Notes: generated from the letters alone by a model not told the origin. A stretch of DNA of 64,000 bases from Chlorokybus atmophyticus (GCA_009103225.1 RHPI01000890.1:151579-215578); one strand, 5' to 3'; numbered from the stretch's first letter, positions 10,867 to 25,300 are shown. Numbers and translations: made by a program.

Positions 10867-13730
10867 TGAAGACAATGGTTCAGCATGCTGTCGCAACAAG
10901 GGCGTGCGACAGACAACAGCAGCCCACATGCAGGACTATCTTTCCACACACTACGGACAACATGGACAATGAGTCAAAGGTGAAGTCGACGGCGGCCAGC
11001 TGTCATAACAGCACGCAAGCCCCTTCCACTCACCATGCCAGCAGCCCTCCTGCGCCCGCTCTGCACACAGCTTGAATTCTCGCCTGCAACTCGTGCTTGA
11101 TCAACGTAAAGAAGACCTCACACCTTCCCCAGCGGCGGCGGCAACGTCGTTGATGTCGACGGCGACGGCGGCGGCGGAAGCGGCGTTGCGCATGCGAATT
11201 TACCGCCACGTGGCAAAAGCGGATGGTACGGCACAGGCATGCGTGCAACAGATGCGGATATCGCCGACTTGCGCGGATGGATTTGACGGATATCTGAGCC
11301 TACGAAGACGCGTTGTACACGCGCGATATTGTGCTGGGCACAAGTGGTGTCGCACAACACCATCCATTGAGGCTCGTTTTTACTCAACTTGAATCTTGAC
11401 AAACGCGATGCTATGACTCATAGCCTATGAGGCGCCCAAATGACAAGTTACTTGAAAGTGTCAAGTAGCCCACTTCGAGTGGGTCACAACACATTGGCGA
11501 GAGCTTGGTAAAACAAAGCATGTGCTTCACCTGTGTTTAGCAACGATCGTTTTCAAGTTGAAAGCGATTCCGAATTTCAATCATTCAATCATCAAATTAA
11601 ATTGTAACTTCACAGCATAACTTTATTTTTGGTACTTTTGATTCACGATATATGTTGCGCGCGCGTGCAATGCGTCCAATTACAATCTGGATCATCCTTA
11701 AGCTGTAATACATCATAATGAGACCTTGCACTTCATGTCAAGCATTGCTTGCGCACTATCGTCACAGTAGCTTTCCCATGATACACGAAACTTTTTGCAA
11801 CATTCTTCACGCGTGCAATGCCAGATTTGTTGTTCACCTTATGCGGTATGCATCAGCTTTACAGCGGTAATTATGTAAGAATATCTACTGTTTGTCATGT
11901 AAGTTAAGCTCAGCGGGTGTATGTCAATTTATTTGGTTTATTTTGTGTATAGAGTGTGATATATATAACTCTTAACCATACAAATGACTTGTAAACCTCT
12001 GATGTTAGACTACAGTGGTGATGTAGCATGTGAGGTAAAGCATGTATTGAATATGTGGCTCATCACATGTCAGCGACGTTTGCTACCACAATATATAATG
12101 AACGTGTTAAGGGTGATATGACTATTATGCTCGTGCTGCAAAGCGTTGCAAATTCCTTGATACAAGCAAGTTGAACGTAAAAATTGCTTGGTAATAATTA
12201 TATCATTAAACGTATCAAAATGCAGATGCCGTCCCGTTAAATTGTTGCTGAGCAAGAATTATATATGGCAAATATACATATATGTGTATATATGGCATTG
12301 AAGTTACATATATCCATTCGCATTGTCCATGTCCTCAATGTGCTATTCTTAGTTGAGCAAAATTCGTTAAATCTCGCTGAGGTGATTTTATCTCTGGGGC
12401 TGCAACATAAATAATCACAAGTGATACATTTGATCCTACATACAACACGGACCTTTACTACCATGGCCCGGTGGTTAGGACGCCATGTACCAGAGTTTTT
12501 AAACAATGTGCATCATACTCAACACATTTCTTTTCAATTGTCCGTAATCATCGTGTCCACATGTACTATGTTACATAATTCAATAGCGCAATACAATCAG
12601 TACAATAAGTTGACACAATAAGTAAAAACTTAATGTGCTCTTATTGGTTAATTATGGATTATCAATTGTAAATAGCGATTGACATTAACCGATAGTCACA
12701 TTCTTTTTGGACGCAATTTGCCTTCGGACGTTCAATCTGTATGCTATCAGCAGGGTTACTCTCTTTTAGCGAGACTCTCTTGGCAGGGGTGGACTGTTTG
12801 AATAATTAACCGCAGGACATAGTTATGTGTCAGCAGTGGTGTGTTACGCTTCGATTACGGTGTTAGCATGAGCGTCGCTGATTCAGCGAGCGGCGCGGAC
12901 GTTTCGCCTGTGTTGACCGCCCAACCTGCGCGTGCATGCCAGTTGGAGATGCCCGCCATTTCTGGACCGCGGTCCAAGCCGGTCACAATAACGGTCAAGC
13001 CAGGCAACTTGCTGAAGTCCCGGACGGCAGCCGGACTACATCACCATGTCTCCTCGCCAGCGTACCGGACACTGCTGTCAGCGTACCGGTAATACCGGTC
13101 TGGTATATAGTGTATGTGGGCCGTGCGTTACACTACCGACCGTAACTCGATGGATGGACGCAGTTAAGGTTAGTTGTAACCGACTTTGGTCAGAGAATTT
13201 GCGGTGTGCAGAAGGCAAGCACGGTTCAAGGTGAAACACCCGCTCACCTCCTCCTTGGTTACGGCTTTATGACTCATAAAGCCGTGAATTATGAGACTTC
13301 AACTAACTCCTCATGACAGGTCAGTTGGAGGCTCCAACTTGAAGCTTCCTCGAGAGTCATGACTCATGAGGGTAGGGTATGAACTACCTACCCTCGGAGG
13401 GTACTAACTGCACTGCCGCCGTTAGCACAGCTGCGCATTGATGGCATCAAACTATTCAGCACGCACGTTGACGCAACGCTCGGTTGCATAACGCCCGCGA
13501 AGCGGCATACCGTCACGCTACTTTGCGGCGCCGACAAAACCGGGGACAGCATCACGCCTTGCTGTATGTCACGTGCAGCGTGACGCTGTCAGTCAATTTT
13601 GACCAGTTTTGGTGGCAGCCTTGATTGCGCTTTTGCTCTGCCACTAGCATACATACACCCAGTTGCTGTGCCAATCACTCACAACAAGCTGCCGGTGTGG
13701 CTGCGGGCGCCGCCGGGGAGGTCCGTGAGG

Positions 13731-14941
13731 ATGGCGGTGTCGGCGCCAGCGGGGGCGCCCGTCGACAGGGCTGCGATCATCTGGATGGGGGGCCTGGGCC
13801 AGTCCGGCGTTGAGTGCGCACGTCTGCTGGCGGACCTGCGCCTGCCCAAGAACATTCAGGTCAACAGAAAGTGCATGCCAAAAGCTATGAGTGACCTTCG
13901 AAGCATTGTTGCCAGCTTCCAGTGTAGGTCGAAAGACAATTTGTTATTGAGGCTTTGTTTAGAGGCCTTGATGTTTGTCAACCATGGATTGTGGGGATGG
14001 TTGCCGCTGCATATGCAGCGGCTTGCAACCAACAGCATTGCGTGATGACTGTGTTCTGTAAGAGTGCTGATGGCTGACTTTGGTCAATATTGTGCAGCTG
14101 GTGACTCCGGACCCGCCATTGCGCGCAATTACGTGCAAGAGCGGCGCGCTATTGACAGGATGGTTTGACGTGTTGGTCGCTCCAATCTCTCCCGAGACAC
14201 CCAACAATGTGCGTAGTTGGCAAGCTTCAACACTTAGCCGCTACTGCCATACCCAACTCTCTGTCCACGCAACATCACTTTACCATTTCAACAAGTGTGG
14301 CCTCTTCACGCAACCCTGTGAAGAGGCCACACTTGTTGAATGGTAAAGTTCTTACACAACACCACATACAGGACGTGTCCGTGCAAGAGGCAGTGCGCAA
14401 GCTGCACTCGATAATCAAGCAGGTGGAGGTGTCGGGCGTGCCTGCGGGGCGCATCGTGGTGGGTGGCTTCAGCGTCGGCGGCACCCTCGCCTTCACCACC
14501 GCCATGGCCTACCCCGAGAAGCTCGCCGGTGTGGTCGTCCTGAACGGCTGGCTTGCATCCAAGGCAAGTTGCTGTTGTCGTCGTCATTGTCGTTGTCGTT
14601 GTTGCTGCTGTTTTTGTTGTTGTGGCTGTCAGTAGTTATTGCTGTCTTCAGGCAGGTGTAATTTCGCAAGTGTTGTGTGTGTGTTGGTGTGAAACTGACT
14701 GTGTTGTTCTCTGCAGGCGGCAGTCACGGATTTCAAGGCCGAGGCGAAGCAAACGCCGATACTGTGGTGTCACGGCAAGACTGATCCCATCGTGAAGATC
14801 GCCTCGGGCGAAGCTGCCGTGAAGGAGGCCAAGGCGGCAGGTCTTGACGTGGATATGCGCATCTATGATAACCTTGGCCACGGGACCAATGTGGAGGAAT
14901 TGGCCGATGTGAAGCAGTGGCTCCTGAAGCGGCTGACTTGA
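13731..14941 (+). CDS. Phospholipase/carboxylesterase, acyl-protein thioesterase (APT1/LYPLA-like); 4 exons
   Basis: AAIIWMGGLG, GWFDV, nucleophile motif GGFSVGG, ILWCHGKTDPIV (Asp) and YDNLGHGTNVEEL (His). Splice junctions keep the frame; TGA at 14939-14941. Confidence 0.85.
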
Positions 14942-15509
14942 TGACAGAGAGAGAGAGAGAAACGCAGGAAGAAATGGTCATGATGATAAACAAGGGTTTG
15001 TCATCTTCAACATCAAGCAGCTGGGTGCGCAGACACGTGCCACAAGTTGTATAGATATGCTAGAATGAAAGCTTCGCTCTGGGCAATCTCCTGCTGCCCA
15101 AGCGGGCTGCCCGACAGATTCACACAATCTTCTTGTATCAATACCCGTCATTGGTACCGACAAAAATAAGCTCAAGTGGTTCCCGTAACTCCGGAATCAG
15201 CTTAGCAGCTAGTTTGATCCCCTTGCTTAGAGACACAAGCACCAAGTTGCGTGTCTTCTTAAACATGGTTCCTCCTATGTGCGGCTTGTCTGTCAGTACA
15301 GGTCTGCTGTGTGTGCCTATGTTGCGCCAGTACTGATTGGCATTTGAAGCACCATGCTTAGCTACTGGACAACCACGGATTGTGCAGACGGTGTCTACTG
15401 CTGCAAACAGCATGCCAGCAACATGACCATCATGCATGCCACCTCAATGCACTCTGGATCAGACTTCAGTCATTTGCACGAAAGTCAGCACTGTTGATCG
15501 AGTCAAGTC

Positions 15510-18500
15510 TTATTCAGGTAATTGAGCTTCCGGGTCAACTTCTTCTTGCTCCACCTGCGGGCCCTTTGATTGAGCTCCTGCATCTTTCCTCTTCTTGATG
15601 CCGCTCACAATGTCATCAATTCGTAGAAGCATTGCTGCAGACTCAACAGCCGTCTTGATCGTTTGCACCTTCACGGCATACGGCTCCCACACGCCAAGCT
15701 CCTTCATGTCCACGATCTCACCGGTGTGTCCATTGATGCCAAACGTGCTGCTGTCCCCACTGGCGTGCTGCAGACAACTCACGTCAAGGCATGATTTGTA
15801 CCTTATCACTGTGGCTTACGCAGTGAAGCAACTGTGTACCTTTGCGCGCAGCTTTGTTATTGTCCTTATGACATTGGCACCACAATTTTGGGCTAGCGTG
15901 CGCGGGATCACTTCCAGGGCCGCACCAACTGCCCGGTAAGGCCACTGCAAGGAACGCGCATGTAATTCCATTGTAAGTGCACCATTGTGTATCACTGGTA
16001 ACCACTTTGATTCAGGCGACCTTACCTGCTCAACACCCTCTATTGAAGCGGACTTGTCCTGCAACGCTCGAGAGACTGCCATTTCCACTGCGCCGCCCCC
16101 GGGTACTAGCCTCGGGTCCACAGCAACATTGCGTGCAACACCCATTGCATCCTGCCATGATACAACCAACAATTAATGCATCCATCTTGTTGGCGGCCGG
16201 TAATGATTGTTGAGAATGCAAGCCACAGATAGATGGCTCACCATGAGGTTCCTTTCTACTTCATTTAGAACATCCTTTGATGCGCCCCTCAGGACAATCG
16301 AACAGGCCTTGGGTGACTTGCAATCAACAATGAAAGTGAAGTACTCATCGCCCAGCTTTTCAACTTCAAAGAGACCAGCACCGGTACCGATGTCCGACTC
16401 CCTAATCTCATCTGTCCTGTGCACAATGGTAGCACCTGTGGCGCGTGCAATCCTGTTGTTATCAGTTTTCCTCAACCGTCGGATGGCGCTTATGTTGGCT
16501 TTGGCGAGGAAGTGAGCGGCGAGGTCGCTGAGCCCCTTCTCTGTGATGACAACATCAGGCTTGAACTTGATGATGTCACTACATACTTGCTGAATGTACT
16601 CTTCTTCCAGTTTCAACAGCACACTCCTGCAAGCCAAGCAAATGAGAGCCAATCCAACACTGCTGCCAGCCACTGACTCAACCACACTAATGGTATAATC
16701 TATCACAAAGACAAGGGCAGACCGCTTCAACCACAAAATGAAGTATGTCTCCATTATCTTATCTTACCAGTCCTCCTCTTTCGTAATCTCAACATTCGTT
16801 TGACTTTCTCCCTTCTTGTATTCAAGGGGACAATCCAGCAGCAGGATGCGGGGGTTGGCAATTTTCCTTCTCATGCGTCCGGGGGTCACCACATCCTTGT
16901 TGAACATAACACCTTTGAGCACTCTGCTGTCCTCAATCTGTCCTCCCGGGATTTTCTCCACTTTGGCATACTTCTTGATGTCTATCTCTCGTGATCCTCC
17001 GGCGTCCACGGCAACAGTGTTGACAGCATCCAGTGCCAGCTCCTGCCAACCCAACATCCCGATCAACAACAACATCTCTGTCATGGTGTCTCAGAGTGAA
17101 TGCAGCCGTTGCCGAATATCAGCCTGTTGCTGACAGAACTATTCACATGGTTCACCAAAACAGACTTGCAACCCAGCTGAAGCAAGCAGTGCTGCAAATG
17201 CCGCATGCACAGTTCAAGCTTGTACAACGCGCACATGCAGACATGCACAACACTGTGACGCGCGGTGGCAGCCCATAACACATGCTTCACTGCTTACCGA
17301 CATGAGGTTGCCAAAACGATGTGTGAACTTTGTGCCAATGCAGCTGTTGACGATGTTCAGCATCTGCTGGCGATCATTCACATCAATAGGAAAAGCCAGC
17401 CCATTAATAATATTCACAGCATCCTCCAGCGCTTTCATGTAGCCTTTCACAATGACCGTAGGATGCAAGTTCTTTTCCAACAACGGCTCTGCAGCTCGAA
17501 GCATCTCGCCACCTAAGCAGCCACGCATGTCAAGCAACACACAATTATAAGGCGCACGCTACATAGAGCTGTTTGTATGGCTTTGACTATGTTGGGTGGC
17601 GCATGCGCTGCCTGTCATCCATGCATAAGGCCAGTCACATGCACATCAGACTTACCAAGGATGATGACTGATGTTGTTCCATCGCCTACCTCCTCATCCT
17701 GAGTCCTGCTCAACTCAATCATAGACTGCGCATTGAAACAAACAGCAATGGCGCAGCTTAGCAAATAGAACCTTGGTTTCGCTAACCAGGATACACTTCG
17801 CTTCATTCGCAACACATGCTTGAAAAGTCTATGTCGAGACAAAGCATGCCATTACTTATACACGTTTAGCCTTGAGCATACCTTTGCTGCTGGATGGGAC
17901 ACGTCAACTTCTCGCAGGATTGCATTGCCATCATTTGTCAACACAATACCTGCAACAACCCATGTGGTCAGTCAACAGCTCTATGCATGCACAATAGCAT
18001 GTGGCTGGCTGATGCCCACCTCCTCCAGAATCCAGTAACATCTTCAGCATTGAGCGAGGGCCTAATGTTGTGCGAATAATGTCTGCAACAGCCTGCAACA
18101 GCAAACCAGTTTGGTATTGAAAGCATGTATTGTCGCTCACGACGCTGCCCAATGTGTGATCATATTGCAACCGTGTGTTTTGTTGCATACCTTGGCAGCT
18201 TGTATGTTGCCCAGCTGCGCCTTCCTCCCTGTTTCCCGTTTGGTGGACTCATCTGCCGCAGTCCAGTTAGGCCAAGCACATGCTTCATAACATTGTAGCA
18301 TGCCATTGCCATGGGTAATAGATAAACACCGACAACTCCAGCAACATTTACTGGCAGTATACTGTGACATAAGTTAACTTGGCGCACACTTTCAATACTG
18401 TAGGCAACTGGCAGGCAATGTAGAAAGCGTTCGTCACAAGCACACAGTCAAGGTTTAGAGCGGCGCAGTGCGCCGTAAAAACTTGCTCTCTGTGCTCAAC

Positions 18501-18891
18501 ACGACATGTATGGAAAAGCTGGTGCAATCTTAAACTGTGCGAGCAACCTCACATAATCTCGACGAACTGTATTGAGGCATGCCCTCACATGCAAATCCAC
18601 TGCAAGTGTGACGGTTTGATCTACATGTTGACAGAGTGCCAACAATGCAGATGACGGTTGCGATATTACTGCAACTGACTATGCAAGCGTCAATAAACGG
18701 AACAAGAATAGCTTGAATAAGGCAAGCCTGTCTGCATGCAGCTGATGTATAAAGCAAGGACAAGCTTGTTCTTTCCAAACACAAAAGCACATGCTTGTAC
18801 AATTCAACAGAGGTGGGAAGTAAGCAACAGCTGGACCAACACGCCAATGCAGGGCGGAGCACGTACTGAGGACCATCACAGGGGCCTGCAT
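15510..18891 (-). CDS. CCT3: T-complex protein 1 subunit gamma (cytosolic chaperonin CCT/TRiC); multi-exon
   Basis: MQAPVMVLNESTKRETGRKAQLGNIQAAK, IIRTTLGPRSMLKML, QDEEVGDGTTSVIIL, KVEKIPGG, VLRGASKDVLNEVERNL, PGGGAVEM, AVESAAMLLRIDDIVSGIKK. Confidence 0.97.
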
Positions 18892-19332
18892 TGCAACAGC
18901 AACTCCTCCTCCCAACGGCGCGGCGCCTGTGTCGTTATGCGCAAAGATGAATGTACTCCACCAGAAATACGCATTAACCAACCACCGACCCGCCCACGCG
19001 CACGCCACCGCCGCCGCCGCCGCTTCCCGCCTTTTTACCAATAGAACCCTAACTGTCAAACTAACTGCACCTGGGTTCTCCTGACCGCATACTAACCGGT
19101 TGATGCTCTGCCCGATCGCTGTATTTGCCCGCTAAACAGAGCGCGCGTTACCGCTGACACACAGGCAAACTCAACCACATTGAAGTCAATAGAAAACTAA
19201 TCTTAGGGCTTGCAAAATTAGGGTTTCCAGATGAGCTTGGAGGTGGCTGTGGAGAGGGGCGGCGTGCGCAGCGGCGTTGGTGGCAAGCGACACGTGGAAC
19301 AAGAGAAATTCTGATAGCTCTAGGTTTTAGTC
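18892..19332. promoter_or_regulatory. Bidirectional promoter/5'UTR region of CCT3 and SPT6 with telo-boxes
   Basis: Divergent ATGs about 440 nt apart; AACCCTAA at 19045-19052 and TTAGGGTTT at 19218-19226. Confidence 0.6.
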
Positions 19333-22300
19333 ATGAGCGACTCCGGTACGTAGCACTCATGCTCTTGGCTGCTAAGGGTGTTTATTGCCTCAGCACCTCA
19401 AACATCAGCAGGGGTTGTGCATGTGACTCAGTTAGTAGCGCCACGAACCTGATTACCATGCATGTTACTCGGATCTGCTCTCACCCTTCCAATTGCAAGC
19501 TACCAGCATAGCTCATCTGCAGGAGTCAAGCAGCTTTGATGTCGACTTTGTTGTGAACGTTTGTCACGTTGACATTTGCGTAATGTTGGATGCAGCGTTG
19601 TCTTCGTAATGTGAGAGGTATTGTCGAGTGGTCACTGCTACTGTGAATGTAGCCTTCAAGCTGTTTGTATTCAGAGGAGGAGAAGTCTGGCGAGGAGGAA
19701 CCATCAGGTAGCGAGATCGAAGACAGTGACGAGGAAGAAGGTAATATGACTCCTTTTGTTCAGGGGTGTGACAATCAGTTCTCTTTCACTAACATGCTAC
19801 TAGTAACAATGTGCTTATGCTCTTGTTGTCTACAATTGTCGCACTTGCAGAGGAGGGACTTGATGAGTTTGAGAAGGACGACTTCATTGTCGATGAGGAT
19901 GAAGAAGAGGAGGATGTATCTGATGAGGAGGAGAAGCGGAAGAAGAAGAAGGAAGAGAAGAAAAAGAAGAAACGGTACTCCCAATCCTGATTTCTTACCA
20001 TTGAATGCTTGTTATGTGTTGCGTTGACTATGCTTGTCACATTGCAACATTGGCTTGGGCAGAGCTCTGACTCTCGATGATGAAGACTTTGAGCTTCTGG
20101 AGGAGGCTGGATATGCAAAGCGCCCAAAGAAAAGCGTACGCATGCATCCTGCTGGTTTGCATGCAATCATTTACTAATCGTTTGTCACCCTCAACGCCGT
20201 ATGCAGGCCGACAAAGGCAAGAAGCTAAGGCGACTTGCGAAGGGCACCTCGGACATGGTTGAGGCGACACCAAGCGGTCTCGAAGATGAGGTTGTTGATG
20301 TGCCTCACCGTGCGGACAGGGCCAAAACGGGCGCCGAGTTGGAACGACAACTGTTTGGCAATGATGCCGGTACTGCATGCACACGCACCCGCTGTGATTG
20401 GGACGCAATCTTGTGCACGCAATGCAAACACTGCTGTTAAGTGTTAGTTGGTATTGTGCGTGTTGGGCATGACCTCCAGGGCTCCCAGCATTGTTGCCAC
20501 TGTGCAGACATGGGTGATGACGGTGAAGCTGATGAGGAAGATGAAGAAGAGGACCTCGAAGATGAGATGGCGGACTTCATTGTGGATGGTGATGTTGATG
20601 AGCAGGGCCGTCTCATGTGAGCATAATCAGTGAAGAATTGGGGTGATATGTTCCATGTCGCATGCGGCATTTCGCGGGTGCACATTCTGTGGTTCATTAG
20701 CAGTCAATTTCGTTTTGTTTGCAGACGGAAAAAGAAGAAGAAGAACAGAGGCCCATCGCAGGTCTCGTCATACGCAGTGCAAGAAGCACAGGAGATATTT
20801 GGTGATGTGTCCGAGTTGCTAGAACTAAGAGCCTCACAAGCTGCACCTGGCGAGGTGTCTGAGGTACAGACCTACGTGTGGTTTTGCGTTCAGATCCGTG
20901 ATGGTTGGTTACTGCACGCATCACCTGGTTCTCAGCAAGAATGTCACGTTGTTGAACATTGAGTTGTGCCTCCTATGGTGGTTGCCTATTGCTTCTGACT
21001 GAGACTGCGGCAGAGAACTTGTTGCCATGTACCAAACTGCTGCTACTACTTGTGTATATTCATCATAGGAGTCTGAGCTAGAAGAATTGGAAGAGGAGGA
21101 CGAAGATGCTGAGGAGCGGCGTGTGCAGCGATCTGCCGCTCGCGAGTCTAGGAGACGACAGAAAGCCAATGAAGCAGTTGAACCATCTGTCATTAAAGAG
21201 CAGTTCTTGTCTGAACGCGACGAAGTCATCCGTCAAACCGATATCCCAGAGAGGCTTCAGGCAAGGAGGGATGTTAGGTGACTCTGCGATGGAGAGTGGC
21301 ATCACATGTTGCTCATTTGTTTGTGTGGTTTCTGCCAGCTTTCGAATGCCCAGCTTGGCCCCGCCCCAAATGCAATTGAGAGGCTGCAGGAAGCGCAGTG
21401 GATATATGAGCGTGCGTTCGTTAGGCCTAAGCCTGAGTTTGAGTATGTTGCAACTGATGAGCTCGGACGCGAGGCTGTTGTGGGGGCCATAGAGAAGGTC
21501 CTTGGCTACCTTCACGTGGATCACTTTGAGGTAAGCTGTGTTCCCTCTGCACTTGCTTCCCCCAGTGAAGGTAGTTTGGACTCACTCGCATTGTATAGAT
21601 TCCCTTCATTGCAATGTATCGCAAAGAGTATTGCCAGCCGCTGTTGCCGCCTCACATGAGGGAGACAAAACCTGAAGAGAATGCATACGTGGACATGCGT
21701 CGGAAGACCGACCCAATGGACTGGAATCTGCAGCGTTGGGCGGTGCGTGTTTGTAAACTACCAAAACCCTCTACTTCTTGGCTTATGTGCGAGCGCGTGG
21801 ATGTTTATGGTTGTTTATGGTTGGGTTTTGGGTGTTGACAATGATGCCATGTACACAGGCCTTCTGGGCTGTCATGGATTGGGACCGCAAGTGGCGAAGG
21901 CTGCAGCAGAGAAAACGGCAGCTGGTACGCCTCTGCAAAGCTGCACTGACAAAAGGTGCTGAAGACGCAATCATCACAGAAAGTGTGCGAGGCATTGAGG
22001 CCGCCATGTCTGAGACAGCCTTGGAAGGTATCTAGTTGATCTTGCAGTGCAAGCCAAGCTTTTGTTTGAAAAACTTGCATGTGGGTTGACATTCATTGAT
22101 GCTGCAGATGTTGATGCCAAGTTCAGGCTCTTTTGTGAGGAGCAAATACACGAGGCTGCTGCCTCTTCCGGTCACAGGAGACCTTTGCGGCGCGTACATG
22201 CGTTCTATCATATCAGCAGAAAGGCTGGTTTGGATAAGCTTGCCCAACAGTTCGGTCTATCAGCATCTGACTATGCGGATAACCTAACAGCCCTGTACAA

Positions 22301-25300
22301 GGTGAGTTGCTTGTTGGCCCATATAAAGCAGTGAGTTTAAGACTTGATAAATGACACTCTTGTGTTTGACAATTGTCACTTGCTGTGTGTCATTGCTGTA
22401 GTAATAAAGACTGATGTTCTGCACGATTGCTCTTTGTGCATGGCAGAAACACGATGTGGACCCTGAAAGCGAGCGCAGAGTGCCAGAGGATCTTGCTAGT
22501 GACTTCATTACCGAGGAGATGCCAAACCACGAGTTTGTGCTGAAAGGCGCCCGCCACATGGTCGTCTGCGAGTTAGCTGCGGAGCCTGCGATTAGACAGT
22601 ATGTCAGAGAAAAATACCGCGAGCACGTCCTGATATCCACTCGACCCACGCCTTCAGGTACATTACCACACTGCGTGTTGCATGTCGGAAAGGTTTGTGT
22701 GTCGACGCACTTAGCAGATGCTGCTTGTTGAACTGTCCGGAGTGGCTGACAGGTTTGTCTCGTTTCCAGGGGACAGTACTATTGATGCGTTCCATCGATT
22801 CGGCTTTGTGAAGTGGTTGAAGGACAAGCCTTTTGCAGCGCTTGCTAAGGACCAGCAGTGGGTGGCGATACAGAAGGCCATGCAGCAGGGTCTGCTGGAG
22901 GTGACACTTGAAGTACCCGCTGATGTGCTCGAGCACCGGATACTGTACCCGATGTTTGAGGGGTACTTGAGCGACAATGTGAGCACGACAGCAAAGACCT
23001 GGAATGAGCTGCGTAAAGAGGTGTTGCGAGAGGCTGTCGTGTCGCATCTGTTTCCCGTACTTGACAAGGAGGTGAGGTTTGACGATGATCTTCAGTGCCT
23101 CCTTACAGTGCAGATGCAGTCAATAGGGCATATACCAATGTGTGTGAGCAGGTGCGTGGGCAGCTAGCCAGCGATGCTCGCGAGTGGGTTGCAGAGCAGT
23201 GTGCCAACCGCTTGTGGTTCTTAGCTTCTACGGCACCATATGTCATTAAGATGGGCAAGGATGAAGTCATCGACCGTATCAAGGTACAACTTGTTACACC
23301 TCTGTGTTAAGCAGAGCGAGTACCAGTGATAGTTGGGGCGTTCCCAATGACAAAGACAGACCACTTGTAGTGAAGATGGTTGGACGTGTTGATGTCACAT
23401 TATCCACTTGAACCTTGTCAGGTGTTGTCAAGCTGCTGGGGAGATGGCTCGCCAGCTACAACCTTTGCAGTTTTGGATGCTATGGGCGAACTCGTGGACG
23501 TGTTGTTTTGCGGCCAGATACCACACAACAGGTTTCAGGGCAAAGATCAGAGGCCAGCGGCCATGATCACTGCACGTCAACAACAAGAGTTTGAGCGGCT
23601 GCAGTCCTTCATTGAAGAGCATGCACCGCAGGTCTGCACATGGTTGCCATGTGACAGCAAGCAGCAGCATACGTTGTAACTGCTCCTTGTGGATGCATTC
23701 AATTACAAGCTATACATGTGTGTTGACCATTATTCCGCAGGTTGCCATTGTTGGAGGAGCAAATATGCACTGTCGTCGCTTGGTTGACAACATATCAGAG
23801 GTGAGGAAAGCATGGAGGATTGATTATCTGCAGTGGACCACTCTGCACGCTGGTGGCATGCTCTGCAAACCATGCCACCAACCTGCAGAGTTAAAAGCCT
23901 TGACGTGTGGCCAGGCCTTCAGCAACATTGTGCAAGACAACCCGCGAGCTGTGGATGCCGCGTACGAGAAGAGCGTTGGTGTGGTGTACGGTAGCGAGGA
24001 GATACCCAGGCTGTTTGAGGCGACGAAAGCGGCTAACGAGGAGCTGGGCGAACATCCAGCCATCGTGCGGCGCGCCATCGCCTTGGGAAGATACTTCCAG
24101 AACCCGCTGGCGGTCTTGTGCGGGTTGTGTGGGGCTGTAAATAACGACCTTCTCATCCTACCGCTGCATCCATTCCAAGACTGCCTCCCTCAAGACCAAC
24201 TTTGGGAAGCACTGGAGCGGGTCCTCATCACCATCGTTAATCAGGCATGCCACGTAGTGGTTTTAACATTCCTCTACCTTCACACTCCATTGCTTACAAC
24301 ATAGATTGCTCTGGCAGGTGGGAGTGGACATTAATGCTGCTGCCGCACACAAGTGGCTCGCGGCTCCTTTGCAGTTTGTTTCCGGACTGGGGCCCAGAAA
24401 AGCCGCAGCGTTGCTGCGTGGGTTGCAGCGCAATAACGGACGCTGCGACTCACGCAAGGAGTTGCTGATTGATCTTGGTCTTGGCAAGTGTGTGTTCGTA
24501 AACTGCGCTGCGGTGCTGCGGGTGCGCGGTAGCGGCCTGGCCGCCAATAATGACTTTGACGTCCTTGATGACACGCGCATCCACCCTGAGAGCTATGATT
24601 ATGCCAAGAAGATGGCTTTTGATGCCGTCAATGAGGAGGGTGGTGATGAGGAGGACGAGGAAGAAGCCAAGGAGTTGGCAGTTGATCAGGTATGCACATC
24701 TTCGGATGCAGCTGTCTCCAAGCAATGGTGCTGCTCTTTGACTTGTATTACTTTTGTGCTACAGGCCATTATTTGACCGAATGCTGATTGCTCCGTGTTT
24801 TGTTAGGTCATATCTGATCCGGCACCTCTGGCCGAGCTCGATTTGGCAGCATATGCTGACCAGCTGGAAGCCATGGATAAGGGCAAGAAGCTGGCTACAT
24901 TGGAGGACATCCGCCTGGAACTCACTCACCCGTATCGCGACCCTCGACGGCCTTACGATCGCCCCAACCGCGACGAGGAGTTCTACATGTTGTGTGGTAT
25001 GTTTCCAAATTACGTACGTGTGCCACATGTGTGCCATGATTGCCGTCATGGGGGTTGGCGTTGATGTTGCATACACACAGGTGAATCTCCCGAGTCACTG
25101 CGTCCTGGCAAGCTGCTTCAAGCGACAGTCGCCCGAACCATGCAGAATGATGTGTTTGTAAGGCTGGAAAACGGCATCAACGGCAAGATCAACATTCACG
25201 ACTTGAGCGACCAGCGCGTGGACAGCACGTCGATAGTAAAGCCAGGGCAGGTGAAGAGAGCATCTATGTTTGGCAAAAACATAATGGGCGCATGAAGTTG

